A stretch of DNA of 64,000 nt from Vermamoeba vermiformis (lineage: Eukaryota), in contig JBEWZL010000013.1 in the NCBI GenBank assembly GCA_045837725.1, positions 558,001 to 622,000 on the forward strand, read 5' to 3'. Every line of letters begins with the position of its first letter. The stretch's first letter is position 1. The notes below the pieces were generated by a model. That model did no database searches. It was not told the DNA's origin and was given only the letters and a program-made list of their open reading frames with translations. The translations under genes were made by a program, and so were the position numbers. This document shows, in pieces, positions 1-13,378 of this stretch.

Positions 1-281
1 ACCGAATCAATCGAGATTAACGTCCTGACTTTTGCCAAATGCGGAATCAATTAAATTAATATTAAATTAAATGAATTGCTGTCCCTCGTAGTAGCACTCT
101 TCAACGATAATATCATCGCGATTAAATAACCGGCATCAAATTTAAAATAAAGCGACCCGGAAAGTGAATGCAATATTATTATAAAATCGATGTATTATTG
201 TACGTTATTAATATACATTATAAATAATTGTTGTATTACGTAAACTCTTACGCGAGGTGGGCCAATTTGAATTCAAGTTTT

Positions 282-3001
282 CTAGTTCTTGCGCAGGTAC
301 TTGGCGATCTCCTCCATCGTCTGAATGAGTGAGATTTTAATGTATGGGGCTTGCAATTATTAATTTGTGCAACATACCGGTCTATCAGCGGGGTCTCTCT
401 TCCAGCACATTTCCATCACTTCTCGAAGAACTGGATCGCAGTTGTCAGGGATCGCAGGATGGAATGCTTCATCTCGAATCTTCACTCCAACGAACAGTTG
501 GTCTTCATCAGCATGTGGTTCTTTGCCCGCAACAATCTCCCAAACTGATACAAGAGTGTCAGAGCTGTTGACTTTGATCGTGTGACACGTGTTGTTCTTA
601 CCTAAAATGCCATAAGACCACACATCTGATTTGACACTGTATGACTTGTCTTTCAAGCTCTCGGGGGACTACGGTTAAATGGTAAGTATGAGTACGAATA
701 GTTATTCTAGCACGCCGTACCATCCATCGCAAGGGACCAACATTCGTCTTCGTCTTTCCTCTTGCTTCTTCGTCTTGAATGATGCGAGACATGCCAAAGT
801 CGGACACTTTTGGCTGACCTTCTGTGCTAAGCTATATATTAAGGTTAGTAAGATCGATCAGGTTTTATGCTAACGTACCAAAATGTTTCGTGCAGCCAAA
901 TCACGATGCACGATGTTATTATTGTGGAGGTGGATCAGTCCATATGCAATCTTCAATGCAAACTCTTTCCTTTTAGCGTCTGTGACGGCGCTCGCATTGT
1001 CAAAGACAAGTTTATCAAGACTTCCACCACCGCAAAACTCGAGCACAATGCACGGATATGCACCGTCGAGACTGACACCGAATGTTTGGACCAAGTTCGG
1101 ATGAGGAGCAATGCCAAGTGTCAGTTTTGCTTCAGCAAGGAATCCTTCCATGTCAGTCACTGTGTTGTTCACTTTGATTGCGACTTCTGCTCCTCGCCAT
1201 TCACTGAAAATCGAGGGTTAAAAATGACGATAAATCAGGGCGGTTAGATCGTGCTTACCCCAAGAATACTTTGCCGTAGCTTCCAGCACCAATCTCTTTT
1301 GTGAAAACAAGACTCTTGTAAGGGATGTGCATTCGCTTATCAATCTCCGACGGGTTGATTCCAGTTGGATTGATCTCCGATGCTCCAATGTCAGAGGTCT
1401 CAGTGCCACCTTCAGGAATGCTGTTGTATTGGCCACTCGCTCGACTCATTGCCGGGACGGTCGCGTACGCTGACGGTGCAATGCCTGTAGCGCTAGAAGT
1501 CGTTGTCATCGCAACGGCATCATCGCCGTCCTCAACATCGTCACTTGACTTGTGTTCTTTCTTCTTGGCTTGTGCTTTCTTGCCAAAGTAGATGCCAAAA
1601 AAGAGCGCTGCTGCAACTCCGACAACAGGGATGACAATCGCTGGAACGAGCACTTCAGGACCTGGTGATTTGGGAGCGTTGACAATGGCGTCAGTTGGTG
1701 GGTCTACTGGAGGTGCAACGGGCGCGTCTACTGGTGGATTGATCGGTGTGTCTACGGGAGGGTCAATGGGGGCGTTGATTGGAGAATTGACCGGTGGAGC
1801 TATGGGCGCAGTAGGAGGGATAGCAGCTATTTACGAATATCATTAATACTTATTTACCCACCTACTTGTTAATGCATTCGTTTTACTTACTGCACGTGAC
1901 TCCATCGCCCTCAAAACCAGCGAGGCAGGTGCAATTAACTTGACCGCCGCCAAGGTACGTGCAACTCGCGTCTGCGGAGCAGCCTCCGTTGTTCGTTACA
2001 CAAGCTACGCGAAGAGTGAGTATGACCAAGGACTAGTTTCGCTTGTTATCTGCGCTACGTACGCTCTGTAATATTAGCGAACCATCCCTTAAGAGTTCTA
2101 ACCGAGTAAATCGCGCCTGTTGAAGCAGTCCAACCAAAGTAGTACTCGTTTGGCGTGACTGGCACGATCACTGAAGGACCTGACGTGAAGATGTTTTGCG
2201 CGCCGTCAATCTTTATCTGCAGAAAGCGTAAGTTCAAATTATTGCAAAATAATAGCTAGGTCTTATTATGGCTACTTACTGTCCAAGTAGTATCCGCGCC
2301 ATTAGGTGCGTAATCGATCCTCATCGTATGACTTCCGACGCCCGGATTCGTGAGAGATTTGTATGTACATTCTGCAGTAGCTAGATAAATAAACGGCAGT
2401 TCGGCGGTATTGTTACTAAACCATATATTAACAAATAAAGACCATTTCGACCGTACTTACACTTGGCAAAAATAAACACGGCTAAATACCATATCGATAC
2501 CGATTGCCACCATATTAGATAAGTAAACAATGTTCCAAGAGCCGCCATTTGTTTGCTGAGCGTTTAAAAATGAATTTTTATCGCCGGTGACCACGAAGCC
2601 GAACCTGCAACAAATGATTATTAACCGTTACAAAAAAATTAATTCTAATTTTTTGATAAGAAAATAATGTAATGAATAACGATAGGAAGAATATTATTAT
2701 TTTTAAATTAACGTTGCACTTACGCTTCTCCATAACCATTAAGCCCGGTGCCTGAAACGTCGTAATTGATCGTTATTGAGAAACCTAGTGAAACGTCTTG
2801 AGGAATAGTATATAGAACTCGCGACATTTGACCACTTTGGTCGGCGGTGAGCTGAATTTGGCCGGATCCTTGAACCGCATCTCCAATAATATTGTAATTT
2901 GCCGAGGTAAGAACAGTTTCATCAATATCCAGGCATTTGATAGAGGATATAAATATTAATCCTATCACCAAAATGGTGAAGAGGTGTGGCAGTCTTTTCA
3001 T
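282..3001 (-). CDS. Receptor tyrosine kinase: signal peptide, L-type (legume-like) lectin, EGF, Pro-rich stalk, TM, kinase (multi-exon)
   Basis: Signal peptide MKRLPHLFTILVIG; lectin-like IQLT...GFSITINY...YYFGWTASTG; EGF CTNNGGCSADASC...CTCLAGFEGDG; TM VLVPAIVIPVVGVAAALFFGIYF; kinase IGAGSYG, VAIK, HRDLAARN, DFG, GPLRWM, SDVWSYG. Last exon TMEEIAKYLRKN*. Confidence 0.9.
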
Positions 3002-3408
3002 CTGCGCTTTGAATAAATAAGCGTAAATTTAAAATTGCCGTATTTGTACTGAACGGCCAAAAGCGGAAGGGAAAAAAAAATGTGGTCTTAGTATACTCTT
3101 CTACTAAGACTAAAGGAAGACTATATGATACTTGATTAGATAATAGTAAAAGTTAGAGCACTGCACGAATAAGCGAAACAATTTTTCTAGATCGGTAAAC
3201 AAATTTTCTGTTTCTAGCATGACCACAAATTGTGATTAAAAGAGATAATTTCAAGTTTAAAAAATCGAATTATTTTAAAGAAAAAGGCTGAAAAAGTTCG
3301 CGATCGGCAAAGCGGTTGATAAGAAATACAATTTTAACTAAACGGAAACCCGCTATAAATTTACAATTTAAATAATGCTATCTTACGGTGGCGCGCTCAG
3401 AGTATTTT

Positions 3409-6086
3409 CTAGTTCTTGCGCAAATGCTTGGCGATCTCCTCCATCGTCTGAATTGTAAGGTATTAAAACCAGTTGTTTGTAAGCAGGTTGTCAATAGCTA
3501 TTATTAACTATGTTTAGCATACCGGTCGCTCAGCAGGATCTTTCTTCCAGCACATTTCCATCACTTCTCGAAGAACTGGATCGCAGTTGTCAGGGATCGC
3601 AGGATGGAATGCTTCATCTCGAATCTTCACTCCAACGAACAGTTGGTCTTCATCAGCATGTGGTTCTTTGCCAGTGACAATTTCCCAAACTAACAAAATA
3701 AGGTCAGATCTGTTGAAATGGTACGTGTGACACGTGTTGCTTACTTAAAATACCATACGTCCATACATCTGATTTGACACTGTACGACTTGTCTTTCAAG
3801 CTCTCGGGGGCCTAAATAACAATTAATGTTTTGAACAGAGTTGACTAATTCTGGTTGTTCGTACCATCCATCGAACGGGACCAACATTCGTCTTCGTCTT
3901 TCCTCTTGCTTCTTCGTCTTGAATGACACGTGACATGCCAAAGTCTGATATCTTTGGTTGACCTTCTGTGCTCAGCTTTAAGGTGTCGTTAGCAAAGAAT
4001 CACTTTAGCAGTGAAAGCTCAAAACTACTTACCAAGATATTTCTCGCGGCCAAATCACGATGCACGATGTTATTGTTGTGGAGGTGAATCAGTCCATATG
4101 CAATCTTCAATGCGAACTCTTTTCGTTTTGCATCGGTGACAGTGCTTTCGGTGTTGGTAACCAATTTATCGAGACTTCCACCACCGCAAAACTCAAGCAC
4201 AATGCACGGATATGCACCGTCGAGACTGATTCCAAACGTCTGCACCAAGTTTGGATGAGGAGCAATGCCAAGTGTCAGTTTTGCTTCAGCAAGGAATCCT
4301 TCCATGTCAGTCACTGTGTTGTTCACTTTGATCGCGACTTCTGCTCCTCGCCATTCACTGAAAACCGAGCGTTAAGATCAATTGCAATCGAAGATAAGAA
4401 GCACGTTCATACCCCAAGAATACTTTGCCGTAGCTTCCAGCACCGATTTCCTTTGTGAAGACAAGACTCTTGTAAGGGATGTGCATTCGCTTGTCAATCT
4501 CCGACGGATTGATTCCAGTTGGATTGATCTCGGACACCGTTACAGCGATGTCAGACTTGTCACTTCGCACTGTCTCTATATTAGGAATGCTGTTGTATTG
4601 GCCATTAACTCCGCTCATCGAAGGCACAGTGCCGTAGTTGGATGGCGCGATGCCTGTTGCATTAGCAGTCGACGTCAATGCCATGGCTCCATCGCCATCC
4701 TCGAGGTCATCACTGTTCGCTTTGGTCTTCTTCTTGGCCTGTTTCTTCTTGCCGAAATAAACTCCGAGGAAAATGGCAACTGCAGCGCCTACTACTGGCA
4801 CTACAATGGCTGGCACGATAACTTCGATCTTAGGCCCTGGAGGGGTAGTGACTTGGCCCTGTGGTGTGTCTACTGGAACGCTAACAGGTGCGGCGACAGG
4901 TGGATCAATTGGCGTGTCAACGGGAGGAATAGGTACTGTGGTACATGATATTAATATGATTATACTAACATGAATAGGCTGCACTTACTGCATACGATTC
5001 CATCTCCTTCAAAGCCAGACAAACACGTGCATTTGACTTGACCGTTGCCAAGGTACGCGCATGATGCATCCGCGGAACATCCACCGTTGTTCGTACACGC
5101 TGCCAATGCGAGTGTTAGTAGATTTTGATTGGTTAATTCTTGCAAAGATTACGCACGTTCAGTGATATTAGCAAACCAACCAGTCAGTGTTTTGTTGGCG
5201 TAAGCGGTGCCACCATTCGCACCAACCCATGCGAAGTAGTATTCATTCTGAGTCGTAGGAACGAGAGGAAAAGTACCACCAGGATTAAACAATACTTGAG
5301 CACCGTTTACACTGACCTAAGGGACGTTGTTATTAAATTTGAAATTTGACTATTTTAATAATCTTACCGTCCAGACAGTATCGTTGCCCTTAGGCGAGTA
5401 GGAAACGACCATAGTATGACTTCCTGCGCCCGGAGTTGGATATGGACTGTTTGTACATTCAGGTGATGTCGCAGGGTCTGAAGGTAAATTCGTCGAAGGG
5501 TCGCTGTTAAAATAATTAATTAAATAAACATACGTTTTTTAAATTAAGTTCAAACTTACGCTTGGCAAAACACAATAGAACCGGTAACCATGTCCACAAC
5601 TATTGTCACCACATTACTTAGCGTAGCAATATTCAAGCCTTGTCCGGCTGATTGCATAGAATTTATAATTGAGTTTGTTTCGCCTCCAACTATGAAACCA
5701 AACCTAGGAAATTTAAATTTCGATTTATTACCGTCAATAAATCGAGATAAATTTTAATAATTATGCTTTGATAATAGATCTAATGAAATTACTAAAATCA
5801 ATTTTATATATTTTTACCCTTCGCCAAGTTCTGTCCCGGAAGAAGCAACGTCAAAATAGATCGTTACGGTGAAACCAGATGCAACATCAAATGGCACATC
5901 ATACAATGCTCGCCCTGCTGTGCTGGCAGTATCTGGAGTGAGCTGAATTGTATTTAAATCGGCGACCGCGTTATTAATGAGCGTGTAAGAGTTGAGCGTC
6001 AGAGTGGTTTGATCAATATCCACGCATTTAATTGTGGATAATCCCAGCACCAATATGGTGAGGAGGAACTGTTGCAATCCTCTCAT
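3409..6086 (-). CDS. Tandem paralogue lectin-EGF receptor tyrosine kinase (multi-exon)
   Basis: Same exon structure and motifs as 282-3001; kinase exons nearly identical in DNA, lectin exons clearly diverged; ends TMEEIAKHLRKN*. Confidence 0.9.
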
Positions 6087-6383
6087 CTGCACGAAATAAT
6101 GATTTTTTTCTTTCATTGACACGTGTCAATTTAAATTCCCAAAATAGTTTTTTGAAATTTTACGGAGTTAAAACGTGGGTCGAGGCCTAATATGCCGTAC
6201 AATAACTTACTACGATTGTATGTGGTTAGAAACAGGCTTTGATTTTTTGACTCACAAGCGGGAAAAATTGCCGACACCTTCTGAGAGAGACGTGTCTTCT
6301 GTTTTCATTCAAAATACACGTTTATTATGCAGCGAGTTATTGTTGCGCAAGTTATGACACAAAATTGTTTTGATCTGCTCGAT

Positions 6384-9300
6384 CTATTTTTCGATGTATT
6401 GCTTGTTGACCAAGCTGGCGTAGTGACCATTCTTAGCAATCAATTCTTGATGGTTTCCAACTTCAACAACTTGACCATGCTTCAACACAACGATTGAGTG
6501 GGCGTCTTGCACAGTTCTCAGTCGGTGCGCGATCACGAGGACAGATCGACCAACAGTAGCCTTGCTCAAGGTGTCAGCGATGGCAGCTTCAGACTCAGCG
6601 TCGAGGGAGGCAGTGGCTTCGTCAAGAACGAGGACACGTGGGTTTTTAATCAAAGCACGGGCCAAGCAAACTCGTTGTTTCTCACCACCTGCACGTGACA
6701 AAAATTGTTAGAGATCTGCTTGCGCTTTACTTTTTAAAGTTCGTATTGTTCATGTATGACTAAATATATTAAGAGTATAACTTACCTGAGAGCTTCAAAC
6801 CACGTTCACCAACGACAGTATCGTAACCTTCAGGCATGCGCATAATGTCATCGTGGATGTGAGCCATCTTGGCGGCCTCAACAACTTCTTGTGGTGTGGC
6901 GTTAGGACGACCGTAAGCAATGTTATAATAGATAGTGTCGTTAAATAAGACCAAGTCTTGAGGAACCACCGAGATGTTCTTTCGGAGCGAATCCAACTTG
7001 ACATCTCGCAGATCGTGACCGTCGAAAATGACTGAGCCATTCTCGGGATCATAGAATCTGTACAACAATCGAAGCAGTGTTGTTTTACTAATAAAATAGC
7101 AGTTAGTAAACGAAATTTCGGAATTAAATACGCGCATCCGTTTTTTCAACACTTACCCTCCACCGCTAATACCAACAATAGCGACCTTCTTGCCAGCAGG
7201 GATCTTGAATGACACGTCGTTCAAAATCTTCTTGTCTTCGTGGTACGAGAACGACACGTTTTTGAATTCAATGTCACCAACAGCGTTGTTAATTTCAACG
7301 GCGGTAGGCGAGTCTTGAATGGCCGGTTGGAGCTTCAACAACGAGAACATGGCGTCCATGTCAACGACAGCTTGGCGCAGTTCACGATAGACTGAGCCCA
7401 AGAAGTTGAGTGGCAAACTCAATTGGAACACGAGACCGTTGACCATGACCAGATCTCCGACTGTCAAGTTGCCGCCTTGAATGCCGTAAGCAGTCAACAT
7501 CATAATGGCTGAAAGTGCGCCAGAGAAAATCAAGTTTTGACCAAAGTTCAAGAACGACAATGAAGTTTGAGTCTTCACTGCTGCCTCGTTGTATTTGGCC
7601 AACACTTTGTCGTAGCGTTCAGTCTCCAGCTTTTCATTATTGAAATACTAAAAAATAAATCATTAGCACCGTTAGCCAAATATGGTAATTTCAATTAATA
7701 GGAGCTTACCTTGACAGTTTCGTAGTTCAAAAGAGAATCAATGATAACAGTAGCAGCTTCGTTATCAAGTTGGTTCATCTCTTTGCGGAACTTTGTTCGC
7801 CAGTTTGTGATAGCGAATGTGAATATGGTGTATAAAGTCAATGCTCCGAGCGTTACTCCGACAAAGCTCGATCCGAATTTCATGCCCAAAATAGTGCAAA
7901 CGAGACCGATTTCAAGGACGGTCGGGACAACGTTGAATAGCAGTGATGACAGCACGAATGAAATACCACTGTAAATACACTCGTTAAAATCGTCGACGTG
8001 TTTGCAAAGGGACAGATCCGGATCCGTTTTAAAGAAGACTTACCGAGTACCACGGTCAATAGCACGTGACAAACCACCAGTTTGACGAGATAAATGGAAT
8101 TTCATGTCCATTTGATGCAAATGATAAAATGTCTTTGCAGCCACTCGTCGAATAGCAGCTTGTGACACGCGCGAGAAAACAGCGTTACGAAGTTCTTGGA
8201 ACAACGAAGCACCTGCTCGAGCCAAACCATCTATAAAATACAATGCGTTATTATCATATCACCTCAACGTATCAAACTTCCAGCTCAAAAGATCCACGAT
8301 CCAAAAAATTGTAATGTGAGTTCAATTGCGTTAAATAAATATGGTGGTAGTAATACTATTAAACACATCAAATATGAGTGAATGATAACACTTACAGCCT
8401 ATTAATACAGCAAAAGGAATTGCTAGCAGAGCATCGCCTTGAACATTCAATGAATCGATAATATTTTTGAATAGAATAGGGACTTGAACGTTGAGTAACT
8501 ATACTATAATATTAGTACCGTATTATAATTGTTACGAATATTTAGTAAGGTGTACCTTTGAAACGACGAGCAAGCCAACGGCAACTAATACTCGCTTCCT
8601 TAGTTCAGGCGCATCTTTGGGCCACAAATGCTTTAAAAATACTTTTGTAACGTCCCATGTGCTTCTATAATACGAAATATAACATATAAGTAAGTTATCT
8701 AAATGAAACTTTGATAAAAATAGATCCGGAAAATCAGCCAGTACACGAGGCTAGTTACTCGATTAAAATCCCACAACCTCGCAAATATGACTCTATATAT
8801 GTCTTAAAAAAGATGTACGTACCCTCCTTGGCCTTCAGGCACGGTTGAATTTTGTTTTTCTTCTTCGTCATCTTTTTTTTCTTCTTTAGCTCCTTTACTG
8901 TCTTTACTGGCCATGCGTGCTGCTGCTTGATACACGCTAAACGGCGAGGCTTTGCCTACTGGTCTATTTTTAATCTCTTCTTCTTCTTTCTTCATTGACT
9001 CCTCAACGGATTTGTCGGATTTGGTTACGATAACTGGACCTTGACCGCTGCCTATAATGTCCATTTTTCGTTGTTTATCATTCTTGGGCTTTGTACATTC
9101 ACGCTATAATTTCAAAAATAAGAATTAGTAATCGGAGCAAAATGCAGATCCGCGTTACAAGTTAATTTACCAAACGAAACAATTACTATTTGCTCATATA
9201 ATCGGTAATTCAATAGTTATATTCACAAGGAATATCGATTCATGAGAAAGCAACTATTGTAAGCAAATAAAATTGCGCCGTGTCACATCCCAACACAGAA

Positions 9301-9685
9301 TATTTGTTGAGCGCAGAAAAAATATGTCGTATGTTTAATTATGATATATTATTGGCTTTGAATGTGATTTTAATTGATTTTAAGGTTAATCAATAAATAG
9401 ATAATTTACCGAAGGGCCACAGCAAGAGCTCGTGGAACTAGCGCGGACAAACGTGGTTTGTCTCCATTTATTCCGAATATTAGTGAAAAAATCTGTCTTA
9501 TTATTGGCCTTGTTTGGGGTGAAGCTGCTGTACGAACTGCCTAGAAGGGTGGATGTAGGCACTTCAAACTTGGAAAGGCTATAACTTGTGTTTCGCTTGC
9601 CATATAGAGTTGGCAATGATCCTACTAATTTTCTTTGGTGTAGGGCAACATTAGCCACCTTATGCAAGGAAGTAAAAAGGCTCAT
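6384..9685 (-). CDS. ABCB7: Mitochondrial ABC half-transporter ABCB7/ATM1
   Basis: [71 protein letters not shown]-rich N-terminus typical of a mitochondrial presequence. Confidence 0.93.
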
Positions 9686-10404
9686 CTGGGCAGATCGAGA
9701 AAATAAATACAAAAAAATAATGATTACCGGATCAATTAAATAAAAGACCCGATAACAATTTGGTATCGATCTGGTTCCTTGTGGCTCGTGTATAATGATA
9801 CTAAGATTGACACAACCGACGACGGTATTTTTCGAGGCGCGTGGAAACTGTTTTGACCAAAATTGGATTCACTCGTGCCTATTTTCATTTCTTCCAGAAC
9901 TACGACGACCAATATTCGAATGACCGAAAGTAAGAAAATACATGACCCACCATGTCAAGGTCAACGATTGCGATGAAAGCTTGGCGCCATTGCGGGCGGA
10001 TGTTGATCGACCGCTAGCATCACGCTCCATTTGAAAGGTACCACAAATGATTCTCATAATTAATAATTCCAAAAGTAAATTGGTCTCCTGCAATAATATA
10101 CTACTTTGCTACAGTGATGATTTTCAGTTCAGATTTAATCCACGCGTTTCAGAACTAACAATTAAATTAATGAATTTTTCAATTATCTAATTATCTATTG
10201 TTTTTACGCAAAGGAAGTCTTGAATTTTTTATCAGATAAATTCTTTTGATTTTTAAAAAACAACGGCCACAAGGACCTTCGAGCGTCAGAAAAGCATCAT
10301 CGCGCGAGTTATTACCCTTACCGTGCTTTAGCAATCAACGTGCTGCTAAGGCGATCGTTGTTTGCGGTGAGGTGTCAAGGCAGACATTGATCAGACTTGT
10401 CGAG

Positions 10405-10540
10405 CACCTGAGAGAGTGCGCATGTTGGCACCAAGTGCACGCCCGTCTCGCGCAAACGAGACTTGTCAGTGGCAAAACTCGAGATGGAGATTGCTGCAGC
10501 AAACAGCACAACAGAACGAACCAACTCCGTTACAAGCAGT
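10405..10540 (+). pseudogene. Relic fragment of the C-terminal region of the lectin-EGF surface protein family
   Basis: About 135 bp closely matching 12708-12846 and 15525-15633 (acgagacttgtcagtggca...gagatggagattgc...aacgaaccaactccgt) with small deletions that break the frame. Confidence 0.8.
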
Positions 10541-10945
10541 GGTCTGCGCATTGATATTTCTGGTACGCGAAAGTTTTTTCGTGTCCTGGTTTGAGAAATC
10601 GGCAGCATCTATTCTGATTACATAATCTTATTTTTTAATTGTATCCACATTAATTAATTACTGGCAATATGATACTATTAATTAATGACTTCAGATTTCA
10701 CCCGTTTGATATCAACGTACTTTCTTTTCTCCTTTTGTGCGAGCATTCAAAAGGAAGTCACGTAACCCTTTATAAGTTGAGTAGAGGTCAATTATGGCAT
10801 TAGTTATTAATAGCTGCACGAAGATTTTTCTCCTTTTTTAGTCAAACGTATCGTGTGATCCGTAATTAATGGCGGGCAGCAATTCCCTTTTGTTCATTTT
10901 GTTTTAACTTTTACTCGGACACCACACGAGAATAGACCAGATATC

Positions 10946-13123
10946 ATGTACGGTCGATTTTGTCTTTTAGTATCGCTTGTGGTGTTGTTCCTGGTTGCTG
11001 TCAGAGCTGACCTGGATCAATCGTCCATAACTAATGGCTTGTATACGACCACTGGCACCGCGACTGACTCGGGTGGTTTTATTCAACTGACCCCTTCTTC
11101 AACGAATCAAGCTGGTGTTGCACTTTACTCAGCACAACAAACGATCGCAAACGGATTTTCTACAACTTTCAGTTACACGTCGTCTGGCTGTTCTACGCCA
11201 TCTGGTGCTGATGGGTATGTTACATGTAATTATCCTATTTTGACTCCAATTAATTAAATCAATTCTAGATTCACGTTTTTGGTTTCACCCCTTCTCTCGA
11301 TCACGGGCTCACTTGCAACAGGCAATAGTCTCGCAATCGCTGGTGCTGCTAACGTGGCGGTAGTTGCATTTGATCTGTACAACTCAGAACTTCGCGTTTG
11401 CTCAGCGTAAGCCAAAGAGCAAAACAAAATCAAAGCTGCAATGACTAAGATTTCCGCTTTTAGTAATTCAATCACCCCGCTTTCCTGGGCCTCCAGTTGC
11501 GCAGTTGGAAACATTACGGCTAGTCTTAAATGCAGTGGCGCTCATACGTTGAAAATTGGGTTTTCTGCTCCGAGCAGCTGGCAAGTCTGGATCGACGGCA
11601 TTTCACAAGGCAATTTTACCAAGGACTTGACGAATACATTGACGATGGTTAATGGCATGGCTTATGTCGGTTTCACTGGCTCGACAGGAACGTACTACAT
11701 GCGCCAGCGAGTCACTTCGTGGACCTTGACATCCGCTACAAGTACGCTCAATTAATTCAATGCCTTATAGATACTCATACTATTATAGATTGTTCTGTAA
11801 ACAACGGAGGATGCTCGCTTGATGCTACCTGTGCCGTTGTTAGTGGTTCGACTCAATGTACTTGCAACGACGGATTTACGGGCGATGGCTACACGTGCAG
11901 TAAGTATACAACAGTGTTATATGAACGGCTTTTCTAATGAGCTGCTATAGCTGTCACTTCTCCACCTGTCAATCCACCTGTTGACGTGCCGCTTGCAGCG
12001 CCTGTCGAGCCACCTGTTAGCCCACCTGTCGATGTGCCAGTAGCACAACCTCTCGCTGAACGGCAGCACCTGTTTATGTGGCGCCACCCGTTGACGTGCC
12101 TATCGCTCAACCAGTTTCGGCACCAATGGCAACGCCCGTCACTCCGCCCACTGCTGTACCAATCACACCACCTGTCAGCACTCCTATCAATACACCAGTT
12201 ACGCCGCCAGTCACGCTGCCTGTACCAGTGAGCCCTCCAGTCAGCACACCAACAGCGATGCCAGTGATCATTCCAATCCTCGAGTGTTTCGATGACTTGC
12301 AGAACGGCAGTTTCATCGCGTATTTTGGATACAACAACACCATGGGCGAACAAGTCTCTGTGCCAGTTGGCTCAATGAACACATTTGGCAGTCCTTCGTT
12401 CATTGGTCAACCCACTTCTTTCGAGGCTGGTAGATCTGGTAAGTGAAACTAAGTGCTCGTTTTGTATTTGCATTAGACTAACAATTTTTGTAAGATTTCT
12501 ATCCGCAAGCAGCATTCGCGTACTTGTGGGATGGCAAGACACTGACATGGACTTTGACTTCGTACAGACTGACACTTGACACCTCTGACACGAGCAGAAA
12601 GTGTCCTTCATTTGCACGCTTCACTCTAACGTTCTACACTGAACGACAGTTGACTGATCAAGAAATCAACGCGATCTCACTGGGACTATCTAACACTCTT
12701 GGAATTTCACCTGAGAGAGTGCGCGTGTTGAGCATCAAGTACACGCCTGTCACGCGCAAACGAGACTTGTCAGTGGCAGAGCTCGAGATGGAGATTGCAG
12801 CAGCAAACAGCACACAACAGAACGAACCAACTCCGTCACAAGCAGTTCAGACTATAGTTGAAGCAGCAAAGAACACCACCGCGTTGAACCAAGTGCTTGA
12901 TCCAAACGGCACTTTGAATCTGCAAGTCCTTGGAGTTAAATCTGCACCAACAGGTGTTGAACAATCAGGCAGTGCCAGCAACGCCACTCCTAGCAACGAG
13001 CCTACCACAAAGACTCCTCGTGGATTGTTGACGGGTCAACTCGAATCTGGAGCCGACTCCCAAACTGAATACATAATGTTGCTGATTTCGTTTGCAGTTA
13101 TAACCTTTTTGGTAAGCGTGTAA
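10946..13123 (+). CDS. Kinase-less L-type lectin-EGF-Pro-rich surface protein with C-terminal hydrophobic anchor (apparent frameshift near 12061)
   Basis: Signal peptide; lectin motifs GFSTTF, GADGFTFLV, VAVVAFD, AYVGFTGSTG, VTSW; EGF CSVNNGGCSLDATC...CTCNDGFTGDG; PPV repeats; PILECF...YFGY domain; terminal hydrophobic stretch. Confidence 0.8.
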
Positions 13124-13378
13124 TATAGTGATAATATCGATGTAAATAATGATTGAAAACGCACTTCGTTGCTACATCCGAAAGCCGTTGCACGAATTTT
13201 TAGTTGGTGCAAAACAATTCAAATTAGATTACTCGTTCAAGTAACTCGTGAAGACATTCATTAAGACAATTTAATTCTCTATCGATTAATTAACTCGGCC
13301 ATTTGATTTATTTGCCAAATTTGTAGTTTTCGTCGCGTAATTTATAATTTTGTTTTTTTGCACCACATCAACACCACC

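Noticed and set aside
1592-1846. Gly/Thr-rich ORFs here and at 4773-4973, 11934-12403 and 14773-15252
   Set aside because: Antisense readings of the Pro/Val-rich stalks.
9869-10093. 74-aa ORF upstream of ABCB7
   Set aside because: No motif, homology or convincing splice structure.
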